The position numbers and the translations under genes were made by a program. A model generated the notes under the pieces. It was not told where the DNA came from and searched no databases. It was given only the letters and a program-made list of their open reading frames with translations. A stretch of DNA of 63,996 bases, counting the filler, from Dimargaris cristalligena (taxonomy: Eukaryota), in assembly GCA_003614675.1 (NCBI GenBank). It is 4 parts of 4 records of this genome, joined end to end, with 100 filler letters (N's around TTAATTAATTAA, not from the genome) between each part and the next. Parts side by side here need not be neighbours in the genome. Positions count along the whole stretch, not along the records: positions 1 to 16,467 come from ML002846.1; positions 16,568 to 33,030 come from ML002847.1; 2 more parts are not named here. One strand, written 5' to 3'. Below, piece after piece: positions 11,928 through 24,208 of the stretch (position 1 is its first letter; each line of letters starts with the position of its first letter).

Positions 11928-13265
11928 CTACCTAGCATTTGCCTCGTCATAGTGAACCGAATTGGGCAAAGTGCTTACGACAATGCCCAAGAACACGAAC
12001 CCCACCGAAAATACAACCACGTCGATAATTGCTTGGTATCTATAATCCACACCGGTGGCATCAATGACCCAAGCCACTGTGGCCCCCAGGGCCTGCCAGG
12101 CGGTATAGGCCCCCGTGAACATGGCTACTTCCGAGGGGTCGGAAGTGAAGCAGGCAATCAGCCACAGTCCCATCATATTCAGGGCAATGTCAATGAAGCC
12201 CCAAACCACAAATATAATCCAGGTGGCCCAGTAGCGGCTCTCGGCCAAATCCATGAGTGGCGAGGGTGAGCTGGAAGGATAGTGCCACTGCACGTAAAGG
12301 CCGCCAGCCCACGACCCTACAAAACACGCCACCAGTAGGGCGGTTCCAACCATACCCCGCCGCTTGATGGTCCAGGAAGGGCGGTCTAAGATCCGGGCGT
12401 AGACATAGCTGGACAGAATGGAGGCCAGGCGGTAGAACAATAGATTTAGCCCGCGACTGCGAATACTGAATAACGACCCATTGTAGCCGTTGAACTGGTA
12501 AGGGGCGTGCCATTGGGTGATGAATGTGAAAGGGGCGGCAAGTAGCATGCGACGGTTAACGAAGGCCCGGGCCAGAGCCAGAATTTCAACTCGCCACCCC
12601 GGGAATGGGGTATTTTTTGCTGGCGAACGGTCGGCCCGACGGACCGAGGCGGAGGGAACGAGCAGAAACGATAGACCAACCCCAATTACCGCAAGAATGA
12701 TAAATGCGACATAGGTGGCTACGGACAGTCCGCTGCTTTCCATACGGAAGTTGAGTCCCAGGGTGATAGCCCCGCCAATCACTCCGCTTACCGAATACAT
12801 CATAAGGAAAAACCCCAGAGAGGCCCCTATGGAACCTTCACTTGAGTACGATAGCGCAAACAGACCCTGGGCGGTCCACATAACGACATTTCCGATCCCG
12901 AGAAGCGCCCCCGAAACAATGACAAAGGCGTCGTTGCCGATGATGGTGTGGGCCAGTAATGAACCGGTGTAGAGAGCGAAAGGTAAGCCCGAGAGGAAGA
13001 CGGCCAGACGTGGGCCAAGGTAGTTTAGGATACCCCCCGAAATGAACCCGAATACGCCGGCCGTGGCGTTGACCGCCAGATTGGAGAACGAGGCGGCGGC
13101 AAAATTATCTTGGCCGCCCCCGCCAATCGTGGTTATCGCAATGTACATGCCATAGGTCAACAAGATAATTAAGGCAAGGGCGGAAATTTGAAAGTCCGCA
13201 CCATGAACAAGGTGCTTGAACTTGCCCATCGTCTTAGGCTCCATGTTAAAGGTATACACAATCAC
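11928..13265 (-). CDS. UNC-93-like MFS transporter (DUF895 family)
   Basis: About 12 TM helices with LNYLGPR, LYTGSLL, LLGIG..MWTAQG, GGAITLGLN, YQFNGYNG.LFSIRSRGLN and FTGAYTAWQALG, typical of fungal UNC-93-like MFS. The real ATG is probably MEPK (13244). Confidence 0.85.
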   Translation of the reverse strand: MIVYTFNMEPKTMGKFKHLVHGADFQISALALIILLTYGMYIAITTIGGGGQDNFAAASFSNLAVNATAGVFGFISGGILNYLGPRLAVFLSGLPFALYTGSLLAHTIIGNDAFVIVSGALLGIGNVVMWTAQGLFALSYSSEGSIGASLGFFLMMYSVSGVIGGAITLGLNFRMESSGLSVATYVAFIILAVIGVGLSFLLVPSASVRRADRSPAKNTPFPGWRVEILALARAFVNRRMLLAAPFTFITQWHAPYQFNGYNGSLFSIRSRGLNLLFYRLASILSSYVYARILDRPSWTIKRRGMVGTALLVACFVGSWAGGLYVQWHYPSSSPSPLMDLAESRYWATWIIFVVWGFIDIALNMMGLWLIACFTSDPSEVAMFTGAYTAWQALGATVAWVIDATGVDYRYQAIIDVVVFSVGFVFLGIVVSTLPNSVHYDEANAR

Positions 13266-15539
13266 GCCTATTCAGGCAAAGTCTATTAGGTACTGATATA
13301 AATGACCGCAACTTATAAAAAAAATGGCCACAGGGTATACCTCAGTGTCTAAACACCGCAAAATAGAGATAAATATTATATATAAAAAACATGAAGTGTG
13401 AGTAGTAGCTGAATAATCAGTTTGATCGGGGGCCGCCCGGTCCTATTATACAAAGAAAGCCGAAACATGGGCCCACCGAGTGCAGTAATATTAACGGACC
13501 ACCTCCTATTTAATTGCTATAATAAAAGGGTTGATATTTACAATAGTTAGTTTTTGCGTTACTGAATCGAATAGATCATTAAAAATACACCAATCGCCGT
13601 AATGTTGATGGGGGGCCACCATGTTGTGCTGTTCCCATTAAGTACATTTTCTGCGCGCCCCTGATTCCCAGGCGCAATCTGCCGGTTTGGGATGCTGTAA
13701 ATATGACTCAGATTACTGCAATGTCCTCAAAGTGAACAGCGAATGCATTCCAAGGGGCATGGGGAATCCCAGTCGAGTGAGTACTCCTCTAGGCATAGCA
13801 CACCTCGACAAGACGGGGTTAACACGCGTCGATATGAATTGCCCTGCACCCCTTTGGAGTCATTGGCAGCTGATGGCAGGATGGCTGATTTGGCTCCGTG
13901 CTGAAATTACGTAGCGAAAAAAAAAAGACAACAACAGATAATGAGTATCCACTACTTTCGCTGGCCCTAGCAAATCTAATTATCATGTGGCATATTCTTG
14001 TGTTTGGAATAGCTGGCCTTTTCTGACTGGAATATTATACAATAACAGTGCCATCTGGTACTGGTACAAACACTGAAATTTAACGAAATAAGTGACCTCC
14101 CGATCAGTTCCGATAACGGTATTAACCAATTTCTTTATAACCCAGCTTGAGGGTTGATGATGTGGCTATGTGCAGCGTGGACATGCGATGGAAAGTCAGC
14201 TGCTAATGAGGGATGCCCAACCGCTGCTAAAATATTTAAACCAATTGGGAGGAAAGCGTTAAGTAAATATACTGGAACAGTGTGGTCGCCGGTCTGTCTA
14301 TCACTCATTCAATTAAACGTAGGTTTTATTCGCAGCTCCACTATCCCCCCCCCCATTCCCACATTTTTACTTTACCGTATTAAAGGCCCCGCCTGTATAT
14401 TATCGACGGTAATATTAACTATTAACAAAGGCTGAAATGTTCTTACAGCCCCCAGGATTAAATCTAAAACGCCAATATGTGGGGCTTTGTCTTATCAAAC
14501 AAGAGGAGAAAACCATAGCATTCCTATTGTGCCGGTATCATAGATGTTCACATTTGCTGAAGTATAGGGTCGGTAAATATGGCTAATATCGCAGTCAGTA
14601 GTAGCGATGTGGTATCATATATTTTTAATAACCAATACTAGAACATAGTCAGAGCTCAGTCCAGTATACCCCAGAAATTTAATCGGCATTTCCCTGTAGC
14701 ATATTGGGATGCTGAGCCAATATCAATTGACTGAGAATAGGTCCACCCATTTGATGTCTTCAAGAAGGGGATGGCTGAAATTATATTTGATAAATGAACC
14801 TCAAATGGGAGAGTAATAATGAATACTCTAATCCCCGCCACTACTGGACATGAGTATGGTTGAGGCTGTAGATATCATCCTAGATAATATATATTAGATG
14901 GCAAACCTTTTGGTCCAATGAAAATCCCAGGTTCAAATCCTTTCACCATTATGAACCCCAGAAAATAAAGACATTGGTGAGGGCCATATTGGTTTTGTGG
15001 CATATAAGTGTAATGTGTATAGTTAGTCATATAGATATTGTCCTGCTCAGGCTGACAGGGGCTAGAAATTACCACAGTTACTAAGTTGGGGGTTTTTGAA
15101 ATATATAATTGGTATTTTATTAAGGCATAGATTTGCCCAGGAGCACATGTATTATTTGCTATTTTATGCCCCAGCTCTTTTTAGCATGGTTGGTATCACC
15201 CAGGTTAACCACTCTTAGTCCATCAAGAGTCCTGAGGATAGGCTTCTAATGGTAGGCAGGGCTTAGACTTGGCCAAGCTGGCTACTAGCATTAGGATGGG
15301 GTATAGTACTAACTAATAAAAGATAAATGTAGGTAAATGCAAGGGACATGCAGTGGGCATGCTTACTAGTTAGTATAAGGGGGTGAGTATATATAGAGTT
15401 TATTGGGGTAAACTAGGGGGTAAAGGATAAGCTAAGGAATCAAACTGGTCCCAGTGGGACCCAGTTATATATATGTGGGGACAGCTCCAGAGAGAGGTCC
15501 CAAGGGAAATACTACTAAGACTAAGGTATAGGTAGATAA

Positions 15540-15670
15540 AGAATCTGACTAGATGGCTTTGTACCTGGAAGACTCTCATGGGAACCAGAAGAGTCTTGGA
15601 TCAGCAGGCTGAATATTTTGGTGCAAAGCATTGGGGCCAGAAGGAGAAGGGTTATATAATAGATGATGAT
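15540..15670 (+). mobile_element. Possible Ty3/gypsy (chromovirus) 3' remnant: degenerate chromodomain followed by a polypurine tract
   Basis: The frame from 15543 reads I*LDGFVPGRLSWEPEES (cf. chromodomain W.G....SWEP.EN). AGAAGGAGAAGGG follows about 60 bp later. Lies in a CpG-free tract. Confidence 0.3.
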
Positions 15671-15789
15671 CCTATAGAACCAGGGGTGACTATGGGAGGG
15701 TTAGTATAGTGCTAAAAGGCCTAATAAGGATGGATAATCATTATTGTACTGACATAGGTCAGGGTGAACTTTCCGTTTCATGGGGCAAG

Positions 15790-16200
15790 CTGGTCATACA
15801 CTCTCAACATATGATGCCCATACACTCCAAGTCCATAATTGGACCCTTGCATGAGTATTTGGAGGCCTTGTTTTGCAGATTCTCATTCAACTCAACCTTT
15901 TTTCTGCTTCCACTTTGCAAACTAACAATCCTCATTTTCATCAGCTGATTAAATTCCAACAAGCCAACACCAATAGTGCTCACACTAAGAGCCGCGAATG
16001 ACACCAAGGTTTTCTACATACATACATATTTGGTTCATCTGAGAACCTTGGAAGATCTAAGACATCTTTTGTCTTCCAGTTTCCATATTTCTTTCTTCTC
16101 TTTCTTTTTTTTGAAGTTTACTTGTTGCTTGAACTTGAAGACCCAGCCAGTTTTTCCTTTTGTGGCTTTATGGTGGTTAGTCCATCTGCGGACGACATCT
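15790..16200 (-). mobile_element. Possible degraded Tc1/mariner-like transposase remnant
   Basis: Minus-strand fragments across frameshifts: DVVRRWT..., SADE / MRIVSLQSGSRKKV...KYSCKGPIMDLECMG, loosely resembling Tc1 FSDE.K..L..SDGR..V...KHGGGSIMVWGCM. Weak match. Confidence 0.25.
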
Positions 16201-16467
16201 GAATGTTATAGTATAGTCCTAAATCAATATCCACACCTTTTTTTATATATATAGTCTCTCAGTTGGCCCTTAAAATGGCAAGTTATCTTCAAGATAAGTT
16301 TTTATTATTCAGAATAAATGTCTAATTTAACTTTGCCCAGTGTCTTTACTCAGCAGTAATTGAGGACTGTGGTGAACTTACCACATTTTTTACCTACTTT
16401 TATTTTTTATCTATTTTTTGCACTTATCGGAAGTATGCCCCTGACGAGTGAATAAGCCCCTGCCCCT

Positions 16468-16567
16468 NNNNNNNNNNNNNNNNNNNNNNNNNNNNNNNNN
16501 NNNNNNNNNNNTTAATTAATTAANNNNNNNNNNNNNNNNNNNNNNNNNNNNNNNNNNNNNNNNNNNN
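16468..16567. other. Artificial contig linker (N44-TTAATTAATTAA-N44)
   Basis: Exactly 100 bp with a core that puts stops in all six frames. Identical to the other two linkers. Confidence 0.98.
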
Positions 16568-16890
16568 CGTTAAATGTATTGGGGTCTACGACGCAGGGTC
16601 GGGTAAGACGCCCTTTCATCTAGAAATAAAAGTTTTGTGATATTGGAGTAACCCTATACGTAATGTGAATAGTAAAGCCACGGTGTTTTATGGTTAGCAT
16701 GCAATAGTTTGCTATCCACTGTCAATCCCAGCCAATGGTCTGAGCCCAATCTGGGATAACACGCATGTTGGCATCACTGCCTTAGACCGCTTTATACAAC
16801 ACATTAGAACACCCGGTAATTTATTGGGTTTGGTTTACTATGTCATTTCTGTATTAAATTTTGAATAGTATGTAAATAGGGTAGAGATAT

Positions 16891-17026
16891 GGGTAAAGTT
16901 CAGCTTGGTTGTATAAGGGTTTAACTGATATGTGTATGGGAAAGTTGGTGGGATGTTTATTTTCAACCAGTAGTACTTGCCTCATCAAATGGATTTTTCG
17001 TTATACAGCCTTGTTGAACTACTCCC
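16891..17026 (+). mobile_element. Full-length 136-bp MITE with ATAT TSD
   Basis: ATAT|GGGTAAAGTTCAGCTTGGTTGTATAA...TTATACAGCCTTGTTGAACTACTCCC|ATAT. Same length and internal sequence as 7545-7680. Confidence 0.85.
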
Positions 17027-17207
17027 ATATTGATTTTTGGGGGGAAGAAAAAATGATACGAAACGCATACTGACATACTCCCATTAATAATATTCTGATG
17101 GACTGATGAGATTGCATATTCTAGACTCAGACACTCCCTTATATGTACAAAAGATTGTTAAGGCACACCGACGCCAATCTAGCGGCATCCAGTGGTAGTC
17201 CCATCGA

Positions 17208-18594
17208 TCAGATGGGCCACGCAAATGATTGTTGCACCTCTTCAAACGGTTCTGTTTTCGCGAGCCAAAACTGTTCATGCTGCAAAGGTTTAGGTACAGT
17301 AGAGCGAAGTAAGCGAAGGGCCACTCCGCCCTCGGATACTGCAATCACGCGAGAATCATAAAGCATACTGTAGCACTGGACCAGTTCAGTAGCAAAGTCC
17401 GGTTCAACCTGCCATACCTCATAAAAAGTCGCCAGTGCGCCAAAGTGGCCGAAATGTTCGAGGCATTGGAGATATATGGCTTGGGCTTCTTCATCAAACC
17501 GTTCACTGAATTGGTCCAAAAGATCCTCCGCCAGCTGGAACTGGTCGCTTTCCAATAGAAATATGGTGGCCAGTAGTGCAATGTGTTCGACCATATAATC
17601 CTGCTCCAGCCTGGCTAGCAAAAACTGCGACAGTCGGGCACCGTGATGGTCATAGACCAGGAAGGCTACAGAGCTGACCATAAATAGGGTTCGAACCGCC
17701 CCCCAAAGTTGGAAATCGGGCATTAGAGTTGCGACCGAGTCACCGCTCAGGATAGCGCGCTGCCAAGTTGACAGGCGGGATTGAAGGTTCATCGTGTTGT
17801 GGTATTCGGGGGATAGCTTGAATAGGGCATTCAAAACACTGGCCAAATCCTCCCATTCCCCTCGGTTAGCTAAACCCAGGAAGGGATTTAACACCTCCTT
17901 TTGGGAAGGATTTAACGTGCGGTATTCAAGGTACTGCCAGTCGGCGGCCGCTTGGGTTAATAGGTCCCGTATAGTAGGGTCCTGGAAAGCGAGGGAGTTG
18001 GCTGGTGACCGGTGGCTTGTTACGGTGGAGATAGCCAGGGCGTAGTACGCTGAGAGTTCTAAGGGTCGCATGAGGTCGAGGAAGACTTTAACTCGCTGAG
18101 CCAGGGTGAATGTCTCACTACCCTGTTCCAGTGACCGGGTTTGCCCCGGCATGCCCATAACCGTCTTTATTTTGCCCGAAACCTAGCGCACGGGGGTTTG
18201 AGAAAAACCCGTTACTAATTGAAGATATGGTTATAAGAATTAACCAGTTAATAGATACAACTACAAATGACTCTGTAATTGACTTGCCAATCACAGATTT
18301 AGAATATAGCAATCATACATATCTGGAACATTGTCGTCCAGGTCTCCTTACTGTATTGCGGTAATTGAACCGTCCATTTTTGGCCGCTAGATTGAGCCAG
18401 GAGCATACTTGGGCAAATTGGGTAAGGGTATGAGTGCTCAAATGTTCGGTAAGCTGAGTATGAAGCTCAAAGGGGAGTTTGGCCACCAGCCCCTGTTTGG
18501 ACGGTGTAGGTTGGGCAGTGCCAAGAGCAATAAGCAGACTCTGTAAGGCTAGGAATACCTTTACCGCGGAAGCAATGGTAGAAAGTGGCTTCAT
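17208..18594 (-). CDS. Secreted protein with signal peptide + F-box-like domain + unknown helical C-terminal region, about 405 aa; join(18594..18352,18182..17208)
   Basis: Signal peptide MKPLSTIASAVKVFLALQSLLIALGTA|QP, then LVAKLPFELHTQLTEHLSTHTLTQFAQVCSWLNLAA (F-box pattern LP.E....I..YL....L..L..VC..W). A phase-0 intron (gtaagg...ctag) joins it in frame to the 316-aa ORF. Confidence 0.7.
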
Positions 18595-19899
18595 AATAGA
18601 CTATGCGATTCAAGGCAGTGGGTTGGAAGTGAGACCATTTTGAAAAATAATGGCGCGGCAATGTAAAAACGACCAAATGCTGAGGCCCCAAAAGCACCGT
18701 TGAGGTGTCTATATGTATATAGCTAAAATAGGGGGGGTCTATTTTTTTTACCAATTTGGCTATTTAATCGTGACACTCATAATTGTGCGGACGCATTACT
18801 ATCTAGAGAGGAGGCTGTAAATACCCCTATGGTGGGCACCGCACCCCCTACAATGGGGCGTTTTTCGTGTAACCGCCTGCTCTGACATACTTATCGGGCC
18901 GTAGCTGCATGGCTTAAAAAAAAATAGGGTATCCTTCCTTCGGAACCCGTGGTCCATCGGATTTGTTAGGTGGCTAAGGAGAGCAATGTGAATATTCATT
19001 TTTTTGTCTTTCCAATGGAGACAGATTTAAACACAGTGTACCCTTCCGACCTTCATTGACCAGCCACGTTGGTTGGGGTACTCTCATCAAGGAGTTCATA
19101 GAGGGTAGATGCCAGCTGGCGTTTTTCGGAGTCTTTCACATGTTCAACTGGCCGGTTGGCCTAACAGTTCGAATAACCAACTATATGAGTATCTATACCA
19201 TTAACTGCACAAGGGGTCGATTTTGGTTTTTACTTCAACGGATTAGTGGATAAACTACAAACCAGGTCAACACCAAACAAAAAGTGGGATATAGGAATGT
19301 GAGGGGGGGGTAGCTAATCATTAGTATATATAAGATCAACTCAACCAACGATGCCAAACGAAACAAGAGGAGGAAACAATTAGCAGAACTGTTAACTAAA
19401 AGCGGAATTAAAGACAGCATCAAAATGTAGTGAACCAACGGATACGCACACAAGCAACAGATACATGGCACCAATATATATGTATATGTATGTATATATG
19501 TAATTGCATTTTAAAGAAAAAGTAGAGGGATAGGTTGTGAAGGTTATGGAGATATGGTGGTGGGCAAGGTGGGGGACGGGTCACCGATAGTAATAATAAT
19601 GATAATAATAATAAAGGGTTTACATAACCTTGCCTCTTGGTTAGTGTGTATTAGATGTATTTGACAGAAATATTAAGGGTAATGCGGCTGAGCTGAGCGA
19701 CAGTGGCAGGGAAACGCCGTATTAGGAACAAACATAACAGAGGGACAACGCCATTCAACAAATTAAAAATATGTAGGTATACTATGTAAACGCATCAATA
19801 TATAGAGGCAGTGGGGAGGGACGGCATGAGGAACGGGGCATAGAGCTAGAAGACTGGTCCCGACCCTCCTCCCTTTTCCCACAGTAGTGTTTTGGCCAA

Positions 19900-22271
19900 C
19901 TATATCGTTGGGCTAAAGGCGCCCATGGCCGACTCTCTAGTGTGGGTGAACTGCAACCGCTGGGCCTCATACGCACACCGATAATACACATTGAGGCTCC
20001 GAATGAACCGGGAGCCAGTGCGGTCGTGGTGTATCCGCGATAAGATGCGAACGGCGTGGTGCCGGACCACGGGGGAGGTATGGAACAGGCCGAGGGCGAT
20101 GGGGGCCAACCCACCGTCGTTTTGCGGGGTTAGAGACAGGAGTTCAATGACCTGCTCCTCGGTAATAATCTCGTCGGCCATGGCCCGGAAAATGAGCTCG
20201 GTCTCTTCGTCCGAAATGTGGAACCGGGCATCACGCAGTTTAGCCAGTTGGTGTTCAAGATCGAAGCTGCGGATGGCCCGGTGTTCCAGGAACGTTTGGG
20301 TATCACGCTTCAGGTATTCGTAGGCGATGGTACCAATGAATCCTTCGATACGCCCTTTGTTAAGAGCCAGCTCCCGGAGTTTGGCGTCGCTATCGGGGAA
20401 AAACAGGCCAAAGCCAAGGGGCTGGACGGGAGAATTGGGGGAGGCGGCCTCAAAGCTCTGGGCGGTATAGCCAATGTCGCTATTGCCGGAGGTCTGGTAC
20501 TCGTACAGTCCACATAGCAGCACGAAACGCCGGATATAATTTTGGATTTTGGTTCGGATAGTCAATTCACCATAATGGCGTTCGATGGCCGACATTAGGT
20601 CCATGATAAATTCGGCGTCGACCGAGCCGTATTTATCGGCATGGGCGTCTTTCTTGCCCCCGGTTACCGAAAGGGACTTGGACTGGGTGATGGTAACTTC
20701 GACGCTCTTTCGTAGGTCCTGGATGGGGGCCGAGGCCAGGGCGGGATTGGTAAGAAGCGGACTGACGGTTATCTTGCCTGTATTAACATTGCAGAGTACA
20801 TCCCACCAGTGGGGGTGCTCTTCGAAGGTCGGGTTGGTCACACCAGCGATAAAGCCGGGGAATTCTAGAAGCTGGTCCAGGCTGGTTAGATTTGTGTAGG
20901 GGAAGGCCCGGTTGGTGAAGCCCCGCAGGACGCCGCCGGACCCACTGCCCAGGGCGCAGGCGGCCAAAACATAGTTGGCCACCTCCCCCGAGGGCCGCCC
21001 GTGGCCCAAGAAGATGATCCGCTTCTGGGTCAGTAGGGCGTTAATGAGGAGAATCAGAGGGTGAGGCTGGGGGCTACCGGAGTCCAGGTGTGGGTGCAGG
21101 GGCCGGGGTGACGAAATCTGGCCATTGGCGAAAGTGGTGATGAGTTTGTTCATGAAGAACTCGCCCACCTCCTCCCGGTAGATGGTGAGCGGAATTTTGA
21201 TGGATATTTTGATGCTCTGGTAGAATACTTCAGTTTCGTAACAGTGCCGGTCTTTGTTTTTCGAGGTGATGTTATCCTTGCGCTGACCCGATGATAGGTC
21301 AATGTAGGTCTTCCGCCGGTGCCGTTTCCGGGCCTCGGCTTCGATTTCGCTTTGGCTGGTGCCGACGCGGCTTAGCCGCATGTCCTCCTTGAGACCGGTG
21401 ATTTCGGCCACATCGGCCTCGATGAACTTCTCTTCGAACATGTTGTTAGCTTCGGAAAACCGCAGGATGAGCTTTTCGTGGTTGGATAGGTTGGGCATAA
21501 AGGACAGGTCCATGGTGTTGACCGCTTCGAATAAATTGGCGAGTACGTCCACATTGGGCGACGAGAAGTAATTTTCCAGCGCCAGGAATAAAATATGCTA
21601 TAGATGAATCAGGACGGGAAAGATGTCGGAATATCGTGATGGTGAATGGGATTAATCAAAGCACAGCAGACAAGACGGGGGGATTAGAGGAGCGATAGGT
21701 AAAATAGTATACGGGGTGGGTTGTTGTACACGCAGAATTTTTTGCAGCCACCGTGGCACGACCCAGCTGTGTAGTCCCACGAAATCGGCCAGCGGACGGG
21801 TAAAATAAGTGAAGGTAGTGGTGAGAGTTTATAATATGTATGCATGACCCAGTTTTTAAGAAATACGGCATATAACCTGGGAAAAGCTCGCATGGGACCT
21901 ACCTTGTATTGATCAAGAAATCGATGCCGAGTGCATATAGCCATGGCCTTGACCATGGCACCGCGCCGGGCCTCCCGGTCGTGCCGGGTCTGGACCAGGT
22001 TGAGTACGTATAGGATGGGGTTGTCTTCGTCATTGTCCGGATCGGTGTAGGGCAATTCGGCCAGATTGCTAGGGGGCACCTCCTGATTTAGAAAAAAGAT
22101 GGTCCAGTCATTCTCGCGTAAATGGGCGCCATCGGGCAGCATAAGCTCGGCCAACAGATGTTCATCGGTCGGCACGGGTCGGGGGTACTGATGGGTCAGC
22201 GAAGCCCCCTTGTCGATGTCGAATTCGGCCAGGAGTATGTATTCGGCATGGTTGCGGGCCATTTCCAACAT
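19900..22271 (-). CDS. AFI1: Polarity protein Afi1/MesA (DENN-like Afi1 + SPA domains), about 688 aa; join(22271..21903,21597..19900)
   Basis: YILLAEFDIDKG, LAELMLPDGAH.R..DWTIFFL, RGAMVKAMAICTRH, LINALLTQKRIIFLGH, FPYTNL, PGFIAGVTNPTFE. GT-AG intron in phase 0. Confidence 0.9.
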
Positions 22272-24208
22272 GGGTGGGGTACGCGGATGGGGTGAATGTG
22301 AGAGTTGACAAAACTGGGCAGTAGACTAACACAGCGCAGGCGATACAGTAGATGGAATCGGGGAAGATAAGGCGCGGTGGGAGGAGGAGGAGGAGGACAC
22401 CCCTAAGTTTACACGCCCACTGCGGGAAGAGGAAGCGGTTGCTGAATCGGCAGGCGTGAGTGGAAAAGGAGGTGGGGGATGGCGAGTCTGGGCTGAGCTG
22501 AGTTGGACAGGACGGGACGAGTAGGAAAATTCAAACAGCCAGGGTTTGCGGAGAGTGGATTGGAGGGAGTGGGGGTGGTAATAAACAAGGAATGGAGTGA
22601 GGGAGGGCTACTGCCTCTTAGACGGGTAAGAAAGTGGTTTTGGATGGGCTCTGGCAGTAGTAGAGGTGGGTTGAGCCCAGGACGGTCCAAACAAAGTACA
22701 GTGGCAATTTTGTTTGTAGCGGAATCGGGAAGGCAAGGTGTGCCTGAGAAAAGGTATAGAAGTACAGTGAGGGAACAACGAAGAGTGGTAATAATATCTA
22801 AAGAATTAGCTGGTTCCTGGCGAAGGTAGAAGACAACTCTTTCCTTTCAAAGACCAGTTGCGTTGCGTGGGTTAGTAGTTCGTTAGCATGGCTTAACCAC
22901 AACAACGGAAGCGGCGGAGTATAGCGGGGGGGCCCATGTGGTGCATCCCCCCTGCCAGATTAGCCAGTGTGTCACCCGGGAGGCGCATTAATTCATGTCC
23001 ACAACTATACATTGGACACAGCCCCAGGGCAATCTGAGTAGTGTCGAGGTGCTTATAATTGTGCTCGTGCTTGTGGGGGAAATTAACTTCGGCGGACCGT
23101 CCGCCGCTCAGCCCGACATCGACGGGCAGATGGATACGCGCGTATATAACACAACCGCAGATGGGGGATATATATATAGGTGCACCGTGGGGCCAACCAT
23201 AGCTAATAATATTAATCTTATATGCGCAGGTATCGTTCGTTGGCAATCCTGGGCGATTGCCGCTGCCTACTACTAAACGTAAGCGCGGCCCTTTTGCCCT
23301 CCTCCTCTACCAATAGAGCTCCCCAAACATGACAACACCGCTCTTTCTTTAATTGCCAATAGGGAAGCAGCGCATTCATCCTCAGCCCACATTATATGCC
23401 CCCATGCCAAGACCTCCCCCATACCAATATATCTCCGCATACTATCTACCCATGGTGGTTTGGTTGGCCATCCTCCCTATATGCTATTTCGGCGATAGTG
23501 GGGGTGCATATAATAGCATGTTATATACTACTGACCTGCCCAACGCTCAGAGACTCCACGTACCTTTGTGCCTCTCCTTCTCCTTTTATTATTATATTGT
23601 TCCTTCGTTTTCCGTCTGCCATATCGCCACGTCCTAGTTGCCCCTGACGGTTGCGCCTGTACTTTCGTTCGGTTTCTCTCCTCGCTCCTCTAGGTAGTAC
23701 AGGGCTTACGTAGGCGCCACCTCCTTCTTTATATACCACACACCTCCCGAACCCAGTCCACACCAGCCTTGGCCCAGCCCCCTATTCTTCCGCCCTCCCC
23801 TTTTCTCGGCGCCACGGGCTCAAGCAACCAAAGCATTTCTGCCATTCATTTCCTTGATTCTGTTTCCAATACTACGACGACGTTGTTAGTTCTTGGCCTT
23901 CTCTACTTCTGCGTCTATTACAAGCCTGTACTAGTATTATTCTTTTCTTTCTATTGTGACGACTACTGTACCTTCTCTACCGTCCTGTTCCTCTCCCTAC
24001 CTTAAACGAACCTCGGTGTCTGCTGCTCTGTACTTACTTGTACACATCTCTGTCCACGTACGTTATCCCGCCTGAATTCCCTCTTCAACCCCAGTCCTCT
24101 CCCCCCATTTCTTGTATTGTTTTGACCTGCTCCTTCTCGTCCTTATTACCGGTTATCCCATTGTACTTTCGCTTACCCCCCCTCCCTAACCCCTTATCTT
24201 CCCCAACC

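Noticed and set aside
14895-14950. tRNA gene (GGTTCAAATCC...CACCA)
   Set aside because: No cloverleaf can be formed (no acceptor, D or anticodon stems). At most a decayed B-box.
16512-16523. TTAATTAATTAA repeated at ~16.5-kb spacing as a biological repeat
   Set aside because: It is the core of the assembly linker, embedded in Ns.
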